From positions 62,930,001-62,994,000 of the forward strand of contig NC_043004.1 of the NCBI RefSeq assembly GCF_006345805.1: DNA of 64,000 nucleotides, given 5' to 3'. Every line of letters starts with the position of its first letter. Within the stretch, counting starts at the first letter, position 1. Positions 53,210 to 64,000 of the stretch are shown here, piece by piece. A program made the position numbers and the translations under genes. The stretch is from Octopus sinensis. Taxonomy: Eukaryota. The notes beneath the pieces were generated by a model. That model was not told the origin of the DNA and did not search any database. It worked only from the letters and a program-made list of their open reading frames with translations.

Positions 53210-56200
53210 CTCATTATTTCGAACTAATACAGACACAGTAAGCCTTGAAGAAGGAAGAGGAGGAAAGGAGGAAAAAAAATGTCCGGAGATAAAACTATCA
53301 ACAAAAAAAAATACAGACGAATATAGATCTGCTAGTCTTAAGAAGCGGCGCTATGAGCAATGCTTACATGTAGTGAACCCTAAACTGACAGATCCATCTC
53401 CTAATATAAGAATGGATGCTCGTCATGCTTCAAGTCACAAATCAAACAATAAACCGCATTGGTCATTGCGCGGATTACAAAAGACCACGTACCCGAAAAT
53501 TGAACCAAATCCTGATTGAAAAATCAGTTACTGGATCAAATCTTCCAACACACAGGAGCTGGACGAACCCCACAACCGGAATATTCCAACAGATGGCCAT
53601 CCATGCTCATCACCAAATAATCAAAAGAAAAAGAAGGAAAAATGGTCTAGGAAGATAATAAAGAAGTTCTCGAGGCCTTCTACCATGCCATATATTTCCC
53701 CACAGATAAGTCTAGCACTGTACAAGCATACTTAAACTGGAAACAGAACACCCTGAGTAAGACCCTACATAGACCTAACAAGCTTGCCAATGTTAGAAGA
53801 AACATTATAAAAAGAAATTACTGACTGAAGTAGAGATTGATCAGGTTAGACAAGCAATATCGGATAAAATGAACGAAGCTGCAGCTAGAGAGATAATACA
53901 GAGGAAATGATTATAGACCAGCCCAGGGCGGATAAAAACGAAGAGAGGATTGAAAGAGTTAGTATAAGTGATAGGCAAAGTGAAATACGCACTGAACCAA
54001 TCATAAACACTAAGACAATGAGCATCAAATAGATAAAGAAAGTCACACAAATATTGACCCAACAGAACTACATGAGCTAAAAAATCAAATCATGATTGAA
54101 TGGCTGAAAATTAAAGAACCAGCATGGATGAGCGTGATACACTTCCTAAAATCCGCAACTCTAACCAAAACATGAAAATAATTGGTAAAATCCGGCTTGC
54201 ACTTAAGGATATAATTTCAGTTAATGATGTTGATATCACAAACCTCAACCACCTATACTATGCATCCGCGAAAATCTCAACGATCCTATGTGGTGTAAAG
54301 ATTAGAAAACGGCAACAGTCCCACAAAAAGCTTTCTTGGCAAGAGCGTCTGCAACAACAATTAAAGTATTTAGATCTGACATTGAATATTTGAAAAACCT
54401 TAAGGCTCACAAGACTACCAAACCTACAAAAACCCCAAAATTACTGAAAAAATACAATATGAAAACTATACTTGATATTGATGCCACCATAGAAACCATC
54501 AAACAAAAGGTATCTGCCAAAGCTACCCGCATAGCGAGGTATGAAAAGATTTTTCAAGGACAACAACATGTTCAAAAATAACACCAAGAATTTTTACAGG
54601 AAGATAGGAAAAACAGCGTTTACTGCAGGTCTGTACCATCAAAAGAAGAAGTGCAGAGATTTTGGAATAAAATCTGGGCAGAAGAAAAAAAACACAACGA
54701 AAAGGCCCCCTGGATTGACAGATATCTACAGAACTGGACCCCTTAGAAGAGCAAAAGTGGGAGGGTGTCAAGGTAGAAGATATAAGATCTGCTCTCAGGA
54801 GGTCAAGCAAATGGAAGTCTCCAGGAAGGATAAAATTCCTAACTTCTGGCTGAATGCCTTCCCAGAGAGCCATGAACTGCTAACAGAACTGTACAATGAT
54901 GTTCTGCAACACCCTAGTAGGATGCCTCTTGGCTAGTTAATGGGTTAACATTCCTGCTTCCAAAAAGTGAAGAAACAAATGAACCAAAAACCTATAGACC
55001 CATAACCTGCTTAACAACTATGTACAAAACTCTAACATCTGTCCTGACGGAATATACCTATAGTTTTTTTAACAGACAGCAGCATATTCCCTAATGAACA
55101 GAAAGGATGTAAACGTGGATCCTACGGCTGTAAAGACCAACTACTCATCAATAAGATGATCTTAGAAGATTGTCACAAACGACACAAAAACTTATCAATA
55201 GCTTGGATAGACTATAAAAAGGCTTTTGATAGCCTACCACATAGCTGGATTAGGAAATGCCTTGAAATGTATAAGATAGCACCAACTCTGCGAAACTTCT
55301 TGACTGTAAGTATGAGATCATGGAGAACCACACTAACTCTGAACAGTGACAGTGAATCCCTAAATGCTGGTGATGTAAAAATTTCGTGTGGCATTTTCCA
55401 GGGTGACTCACTGTCACCACTCCTCTTTTGTTTATCCTTAATACCTCTCTCAAAGCTGCTCAATGACGCGCAGTACGGGTAAAATGTTTGATAAAAATAT
55501 AAATCATCTCGTTTACATGGATGATTTAAAGCTTTTTGCAAAAAATGATCAACAACTCAAGGGTACTAGCGATAGTCAAACAATTCAGTGACGACATCAG
55601 AATGCAATTCGGCCTCGATAAATGTGCAAAGGCTACCTTTATCAAAGGAAAAATGACAGAAACATCTAACGTTAACCTTGACCAACAGAATGTCATAAAA
55701 GAACTAGACCCAGCGGAGAGCTACAAGTACCTAGGGGTAATTGAAGGGAACGGAATAAGGCATTCAGAGATGAAGGAAAGGATCAGGGAGAATGCTATCG
55801 AAGAGTGAGAGCAATACTCAAGACAGAGCTGAATGCAAGAAACAGGATCGAAGCAATCAATGCATTAGCTATACCAGTCGTGACTTACAGTTTCAATATT
55901 GTTAACTGGTCAATTACTGAAATATGTCAGCTCGACAGAAAAATAAGGAAACTGTTGACAATGCATAGAATGCACCACCCTAAGGCAGATACAGAACGAC
56001 TCTATCTGCCAAGAAAAGAGGGAGGCCGTGGTCTTTTGCAACTGGCAATAACAATGAAGATTGCTACAATTGGCCTAGACACCTAACTGAAAAACTCTGA
56101 GGACTGGATGTTAAAACTTGTCTCAAAACATGAAAACAAGAAAGCATCATACTCAGTCACAAAACAGGCAAAGGAATATCTAAGTGAATTCCGAATACAA

Positions 56201-57284
56201 CCAATTTCGGACTTAGAGATTGACATACAAGAAACAAGCACAGAAAAAGCTAGGCGCATGAAAACCCGTGCCAAAACTGCGGCCTTAGATATTCTGAATA
56301 ATAAATGGCAAGAAAAACCTCTCTACGGCAAATACCCAAAGCGAGCGAATAATGCAGATATCGACAAAGCCCTGACCCATCAATGGCTAATGGCCTCTGG
56401 CTTAAAATCTGAAACAGAGGGGTTTATCATAGCAGCTCAAGATCAATGCCTACCAACAAGAAACTACCAGGCCAACATATTAAAGATCAGAAGCAGTCCA
56501 ACGTGTCGTGTATGCAAGCAACAAAATGAAACCATTGACCATGTGGTCTCCAAGTGCAGTCTTCTAGCGCCTACAGAGTATCTCAACAGGCACGATAGAG
56601 CTGCACAATATATTCACTGGATAATCTGTAAAAACCTGGATTTGCCCCATGAAAAAAACTGGTGGTGGGAACACAAACCACCCCAGTGCTTGAAAATGAC
56701 CACATCTCACTCCTCTGGAACTTCACCATTCAAACTGACAGGAAGATAGATGCAAATAGGCCAGACATCATATTGAAAGACTTCAAACAAAGAACATGCC
56801 TCCTCATTGATATGACTGTCCCAATCGATATAAACGTATCTGTCAGGACCTACAAAAAACTGAGCAAATATAAAGATCTTGAAATAGAAATCAGCAAAAT
56901 GTGGAAGCTGAAGACTAAAACAATACCTGTTGTCATAGGTGCCCTGGGAATGATAGCAAAAGGGGCTGATAGCTACCTAACTCAGATACCAGGAAACCCC
57001 AAAATGGCAGAAGTTCAAAAGATAGTGCTCATGGGAACTGCTCATATCCTACGCAAAATACTTTCTATGTAACCTCAAGGTTTAAAACAACCATAATTTT
57101 CGGTTTAAAAAAAAAAAAAAAAAAAAAAATTTTTTTTAGACATTCATTAGTACAACATCCCCACCCCCCAAATATATGGCACACTAGGCATAACAACAAC
57201 ATGAACTTCCAACCCTGTTGTCTCTTGAGGTCTCTGGGTGAGACTTGAGCCAACTTGTACAAATATAAGCAAAAGTCAAACATA

Positions 57285-57290
<6 letters not shown>
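53210..57290 (+). mobile_element. Near full-length R4/Dong-like LINE flanked by (TAA)n on both sides
   Basis: RT motifs KDQLLINKMILED, AWIDYKKAFDSLPH, GIFQGDSLSPLLF and YMDDLKLF; CCHC knuckle CRVC..ETIDHVVSKC; endonuclease RPDII..IDMTVP..KYKDLEIE..PVVIGALG; stop 57072. Multiple frameshifts. Confidence 0.9.
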
Positions 57291-57327
<37 letters not shown>

Positions 57328-57732
57328 TCCTTCTTTGCCAGAAGCGCCGGACAGAAAAGGAAAAGGGTCAATACAAAATTAGGATTTAGCACAAAAACTC
57401 CTGTATACAAGAAAAACAACAATTATCCCCAGAATTTGAAGCCTGAAATTCCTCCAGGGTGGGGATTTTTACCTATGGTTAACAAAATAACCCACACCTC
57501 TTCGTCACCCTGATCTCCAAAGACACTATAAAGTTAAAATTTCTCATTTCTTCACCTCTTTCCACGTATCTATGCCTTTCCCGAATAGGCAAGTTCACAT
57601 GGGCCATCCCCGCTATATTCACCCATGTAAAAAACACAAAAATGGTGATGGGATAGATCTCGCCTCTCCATCCTCATTTTTATATTTAAGTGGAATTTGC
57701 AAAAGATGATGAGTTCTGGCCAAAGAAAAACC

Positions 57733-58020
57733 TGTTGGACCATCCCATAAATAATGCGTCTTTTTATACTTCTTTAATTTTTCAAAATTAAGATAATTTT
57801 TTCAATCTAAAATATACTCTCCTTCATTTTCTACAATGCTCTTCCATCTATCTGGTAGGCTTGCCAGGCCCCATGTCAAAAATTCACTTCTCCGCAACGA
57901 AGAATACTCCACCAGTACTGTTCTGACCTCCTCTACAGAATGCCTAAAACCATTAACTAATCTGTTGAACGGAAGCACCGACTTTTGCAAGAGTTACTGA
58001 AAGTCGTCAATCATCTATGT
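57733..58020 (-). mobile_element. Mariner 3' end fragment
   Basis: GLASLPDRWKSIVENEGEYILD* followed by TIR-like gcattatttatgggatggtccaa. Confidence 0.75.
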
Positions 58021-58879
58021 ATGACTGGTCTTAAAATATTTAAAAGATGTGATTCTCTGCGACAAAACGTTATGACAATTGTTTATAAATACCGTACATC
58101 CATAGAAATATGTATTTCTATGGATGTACGGTAGTTATGAGGCTAAACAAATTTGGCTGTTGTCATTAATGAGAGAATGTCATCGATAGTAATTATTTCG
58201 ACGAAAACCAGTTTTGCAAATTCTTTAGAGTCCAGGTAACTGGTAAAATAAATCTCAGATGAATGACAATGATACAAGTAAAAAGAACGATGATAAAATC
58301 AGATAATGATTTTAAATGAACAAACTTTATTAAATATAGTATATTGGAATGCTGGGACAGAGAAAACAAGAACTGCTGAGTGAGTCCAGGAGCCACCCCA
58401 CATTCAAATGAATATAAAATGTGTAAACGATTTAGCTACTGTCAAATGACACGTGACACGCCCACTACTTCTTATTAACACAGGGCACCTACTTCCTGTT
58501 GATAGTTATATAACAGAAGTATAACCACCAATATGACCACACTAGAAAATATAAAAAATAATTATACAAATAACCTGTATTCCAACTTTTCACGTTCTGT
58601 AAGAAGATTTCGAACATGGTAAGAGTGGCATTATTACATAATTATTATGTGTGTTTATTTATATATGTATTTATATATGTATGTAGTATGCGTGAGTGAG
58701 AATGTGTGTGAGAGAGTGCTGGTGTGTGTATTTATATATATGCATACATATTTAGAGACGGGGTGTGTAGCTGGTGAGGGAAATATGTGCGGGAAGGCGT
58801 ATGTTTATCTGTGAAAAAGGGTTGTATATATACTTACATCGCTTTCAGAAAATTGCTACCAATATTTCGATGGATCTGT

Positions 58880-59065
58880 TATATCGGTGCCGTTAATATA
58901 GGTCTAAAGACGGGGTTGACTTCACCGTGCATCCTTTCGGGGTCCACTATACCTTTCATCATTTCAGGGTCGACAAATTAAGTACTGATGAAACACTGCG
59001 ATCGATGTAATCGACTTCCATAATCTCCCACCATTTCAGGTTTTGTGACAATAGTAGAAAGAAAT
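58880..59065 (+). mobile_element. SINE-like 3' fragment
   Basis: cctttcgggg..gggtcgacaaattaagtact..gatgtaatcgact..aatagtagaaag; recognised from memory as an octopod SINE tail. Confidence 0.45.
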
Positions 59066-59230
59066 ATAGGTCAAACGACAGCGAGCTAAATGTGTCATCA
59101 TTGATGTGTCTATAATTACATTTTGCAGTTACTAACAGGTAAGCATTCAAGCGTTTTAACTTAGATACTAAGAAATGCGATATAGGGGCGAATGTGTGAT
59201 TGCGTGTGTACGTATATATACATGCATACA

Positions 59231-59294
<64 letters not shown>

Positions 59295-60229
59295 TATGTG
59301 TGGGTGTGAGAGAGAACATACCTGTGTGTATTTGTATGTAAGCACGTACAGAAATACATAGTATTTACGCAAATTATAGTAGAATAAATACCAGACATAC
59401 TATAAATTGTTAGTGGTTTAAGTAGCCCTGCATTGATGCAATCTAATTACTGAAACTCATGTATATATGCATTTATGTATGTGAACTATTGTATATTATC
59501 TTCCATCAGATGAAGTGATGATGTGACTGGTGGGCAAAGATCAGGTTCATAGCACTTATTAAACTATGTTTAAAAGATGACATGAGAAAAATTTCGAACT
59601 TGAAGTCACATTGTAACTTGAGCCAATTAAAATTACCAACATATATATACATTTGGGCGTTCTTTTTGTTAGCATTTATAAACTATGATATTTCTAGATA
59701 TTCAATTTGAAATTCAAGAACTTTGGATAGGTTTGATAACGTTGTATTCACGTATATTTTACTGATATACCCTGTCTCTCTCTATATATATATATATATA
59801 CATGTTAATAAATATTGTGGTGTGTGTGAATGAGTGAGAGTGTGTGTTTATGAATTACAAACACTTGTCGGCATTGTAAGGTGAGACCAACAACAAAGTT
59901 ATAATTTTCCCTGTATATATATATATATATATATATACAAAATAAGAAAGGAATATCCGAGTTTCGGATGTTGAGGCGGAAATGCACACCGCTATCTCTT
60001 CAGTTATCGGGTCATTGAAAACATGGCATGAAAAATGCGCTCAATAAAGTCTGTAATTTTCTACAAGAGATTCTTAGAGTATAGTTCTATTGATGGTATA
60101 GGTATAGGTATATATATATATGTAAACGTATATAGTTATTATTATTATCATCATCGTCATCATCGCAATCATCATAATCATCATCATCATCATAATCATC
60201 ATCTTTATTATTATTATTATTATTATAAT

Positions 60230-62238
60230 TCAGTAGTTTTATTTTTATAGCGTGCTTTCACTTCACTACCGAGCGCAGCTCTGTGTGCCTTGCGTATGTG
60301 CTGTGATTTGATGTGATGCTCTGATGGTTATTGTATGGAAAGTGTTCTGCGTAGGATGTGTGCAGTGCCTAGTAGTGCAATTTTCTGTATGTTATATGTG
60401 TTTGTAAGTCCTGGTGTTTTTGTTATGTATTTGTCTGAATATTTTTTTATCATGCCTAATGCACCTACTATGATAGGAATTGTTTCTGTTTTCAGGTTCC
60501 ACATTCTAGTTACCTCTATTTCCAGGTCTTTGTATTTTGAAAGTTTCTCCATTTCTTTTAGCGACACGTTGTCATCTGCCGGTATTGATACATCAATTAG
60601 AAAGCACTTTTTTCTTCATGATCTCTGACAACTATATCTGGTCTGTTGGCCTTAATTTCTCTATCTGTGTGTATCGGCATATCCCAAAGAATGGTTGCTT
60701 TCTCGTTTTCTGTGACCTTTTCTGGTGTGTGCCTATACCATCTTTTTTCTGTTGTTATTCCATAATGTTGGCATAGCTTCCAATGTATGTAGCTTCCAAA
60801 TCTGTCATGTCTGTGAATATATTCCTTCTTAGCCAGGACTGGGCAGCCAGAGATAATATGATTTATTGTTTCTTGTCCATCTCCACATATTCTGCAGTTA
60901 CTAGTTATATTTCTTTTCCTTACATGTGTTTGGGAATTCCTGGTGGGGAGGCTTTGGTCTTGTGCTGCAATTAAAAATCCCTCTGTCTCTGCTTTGAGTC
61001 CTGAGCTTCTCAACCATTGCTGGGATTTTTATTTGTCTATTTCTTTTGCGTTTACCATGAAGGGGCTTTTCTTGCCATCGTTTTATCATGGTTCTTTGCT
61101 GTTCTGTTTTTAGTTTGGATTTCATTTGCTTTATAGCTTTTGTTGTTTCCTCATCATCTTCTTCTTCTTCGTCTTCATATTTATTAGGTGGTATGATTTC
61201 TTGTTTGTATTTGTCAGCTTCCTTAAATACTGAGAACAGGTTTTTCTTTTGCTCGTGTTTTGCCGCTATCTGGATCAGTTTTCCTTCCTTCTGAAGTAGA
61301 TATTTTTGCAGTCCTATGGTGCTCATTTTATAGTAGTTTTCCAGCTGTATAAGGCCTCTGCCACCATCTATACGTTGTTTATATAGTCTTTCTATGTCAG
61401 ATTTTGGGTGATGCATCCTAGATCCTGTCATTATTTTTCTTGTTTTCCTATCTATTTTGGTCAGTTCATTTAGTGTCCAGCTAAGGATATTGTAGCTGTA
61501 ACTGGGACAGCTAAAGTGTTAATACCTATTATCTTGTTTTTAGCATTGAGCTCTGTTTTAGTATTGATCTAACTCGTCTATAATATTCTTTTTTTATTTT
61601 CTCTTTCATTTGTGTGTGTTGTGTCTTATCTAGTTCATGGATTTCTAAGTATTTGTAAGTTTGGCTTTGGTCTAATTCTTTTATTTCATTGATTTTATCT
61701 AGTCTGATGTTGCTACTCTTAACTAGTTTTCCTCTTTTCATGGTTACTTTGGCGCATTTTTCTAATCCAAATTTCATATCTATTTCTTTGGTAAATCCAT
61801 GAACTGTCTTTAATAGTGTTTCCAGCTGTTCGTCATTTGCAGCGTATAGTTTTAGGTCATCCATATATAAAAGGTGGCTGATCGTTTTGCCGTAACATTT
61901 ATATCCACATCCAGTTCTATTTAGCATATCAGATAGAGGTGACAGTGCCAAGCAGAAAAGGAGTGGAGAGAGCTTGTCTCCCTGGAATATTCCTCTTCAA
62001 ATGGGGATGGCTTTGGTTTTCACGAGTCCCTCTTTTGTTTGGAGCTGTAGCACGGTTTGCCATTTATTCATAGAGTGCCCTATGAATTTTATAAGGGTTG
62101 GTGCTACTTTGTTAATGGCTAGTGTTTTGAGGATCCATTTGTGGTGGATGCTATCAAACGCCTTTTTGTAGTCAATCCAGGCCATACTGAGGCCTTTCTT
62201 CTTTCTGTGGCTGTCTTCAGTTATGGCTTTATTAATCA
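60230..62238 (-). mobile_element. 5'-truncated R4/Dong-like LINE between TAA-type tracts
   Basis: (AAT)n fused directly to INKAITEDSHRKKKGLSMAWIDYKKAFDS; HLLYMDDLKLYA; CRICGDGQETINHIISGC; ANRPDIVVRD; PIIVGALG; 3' end next to the (TAT/CAT)n tract 60135-60225. Confidence 0.9.
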
Positions 62239-62239
62239 T

Positions 62240-62243
62240 TATA

Positions 62244-62326
<83 letters not shown>

Positions 62327-62376
62327 CATTATTATTATTATTATTATCATTATTATTATTATTATTATTATTATCA

Positions 62377-62449
<73 letters not shown>

Positions 62450-62462
62450 CATTATTATTAAT
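62240..62462. repeat. (TAA)n microsatellite separating two LINEs
   Basis: Direct inspection. Confidence 0.95.
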
Positions 62463-62464
62463 AG

Positions 62465-64000
62465 TTCCATATACTCTCAACACGCTACACCAACTGGATA
62501 CAAAAATCCTAACATCGGGTTACATGTAGATGCCAAGAACCCTCCTAAGTATCCTAGGTACCCCTAATAACACTGTTTTCTAGAGCTGTACTAAATTGGG
62601 GTTTATGCCTATTTCCTTTATCCATCTGTTCAGTTCTCTAGGGGTAGTTCCCAGTTCCCCTATAACTATTGAGATACGTCTTTCCGCGCTTTCTATAGTC
62701 TCTTAAACAAATAGCTAGGTTCTGGTACACTGCTATTTGTTTCTATACTTCTCATATACACTTTTCATCATTTATGACTGTAAAATCACTAATCTGACAT
62801 TTTCTATTTTCTTTATCTACTACTACCAAATCAGTCCTTCTAGCTACTCTGTCCGTCTGAATTTTTAAGTCCCACAACAGCTTATATTTCTTATTCTCTA
62901 GTACTTTCCTAGGTCCATGTTCACACCATCTATCAGAATGTTCAAATATTAGATTCCTTCATAGCTCCCAGTGGTTTACTAGATTGTCTATCTTGGTACT
63001 CCCTAATGTTTGATCTTGTGTAGTCACCAACAAACTTTATGTCTCCCTCTTCAGGTTTCCTTTCTTCAACCAGAAACATATGTCACTACTACTATTTTCT
63101 GCAACTATCTTTTTGAATCAACGATTGCTTTCTCCTGCCAGTCAGATAATTTCTGTTCTTTTCTCTGATTTTTAACTTCGTTTGGGTTTTTGGTTTCTTT
63201 ATGTCTTGCCGTCTCTAGTAGCTTTTAATATATTTACTTCACTATTACCTACATAGGATTATTTATCTACTCTAGTTAACACCACACAGTCTTCTACTGA
63301 TACTAACGTTCTTCTGCCTTTCTGTCCAGGTAGGTTTAATCTTGTTACTCATGTCCTTATGTGGAGCCTTCCATTCAAAATAAATTGCTCTCTAATTCTT
63401 CTGTCTATCTTTGCTAATTCAGTTTTTGTCCAATCTAAAATAGCTGCTGATTGCCTAAGTGATGATACTGCCCAAGTATTTACAGCCTTCACTAGATTCG
63501 CGCCATTTAGCTTTGACATCAGTAGCTTCCTCACCGTTATAATGTACTTCTCGAATTCCGTTTACACCTCTATAGTTAGTGCTCTGCCAGATTCTAACAC
63601 TCTTAGATACTTATACCTCTGTCCTTCTTTCAATAATACTAATGTCTGACCATCTAGTAATTAAATGCCTTGGCTGTTGACTACCTGTCCCCTTCTCATG
63701 ACTAATATTGCACATTTATCTATGACAAATTCCATGCCTACATCTTTTCTGAAGTGTCTTACCGTATGTATTAAGGAATCAATCATTTACCCATTCTTAC
63801 TAAAAAACATCAGATCATCTATGTAGAGAAATTTGTTAAATTTCCCCTTACTATTTCTGAACTGATACTCTCTCTTTGCCTTCCTTAATACTAAACTAAC
63901 GGGGATCAGACAAAAGACAAATATTAAAGGTGACAACGTATCGTCCAGGAAAATTTCTCTTTGGATATTCACTTCCCTTACCAGTGTGTCACCTGAATAG
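62465..64000 (-). mobile_element. Decayed R4/Dong-like LINE (runs off the window end)
   Basis: DTLSPLIFVFCLIP, LYIDDLMFF, YKYLRVLES, NLVKAVNTWAVSSLR and SRTDLVVVDKE remnants; 3' end abuts the TAA tract. Confidence 0.8.

Noticed and set aside
57327-57733. Complex homopolymer-rich stretch after the TAA tract
   Set aside because: No ORF or family match; could be decayed TE or low-accuracy sequence.
59950-60030. Minus-strand CTGAAGA...GAAAC hammerhead candidate
   Set aside because: Stem II does not close next to GAAA and no stem I could be formed.

Overview
AT-rich, microsatellite-laden eukaryotic genomic DNA. The SINE, Helitron and Penelope-like repeats resemble those I associate with Octopus (inference, not a database hit). 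One host gene is supported: a minus-strand multi-exon gene with five phase-consistent exons (30919-29738, 21303-21194, 14022-13755, 5209-5021, 1553-1368; 645 codons). It encodes a furin-type site, a Ser/Thr-rich stalk and three two-cysteine CUB domains, and is incomplete at both ends. The rest is transposable element debris: endonuclease-type (APE) LINEs, five R4/Dong-like LINEs with restriction-like endonucleases (four bordered by TAA tracts), mariners, Helitrons and tRNA-derived SINEs. The most notable signal is a set of type I hammerhead ribozyme folds in Penelope/retrozyme-like non-coding repeats. These comprise a ~558-bp x 5.5 tandem array with six hammerheads, a diverged relative with the same 558-bp period and compensatory stem changes, a perfect 130-bp palindrome with a hammerhead on each strand, and several core variants including a G3-C8 swap. 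All structures were read by eye; none has been computed or tested. Most ORFs in the track are microsatellite translation artefacts.
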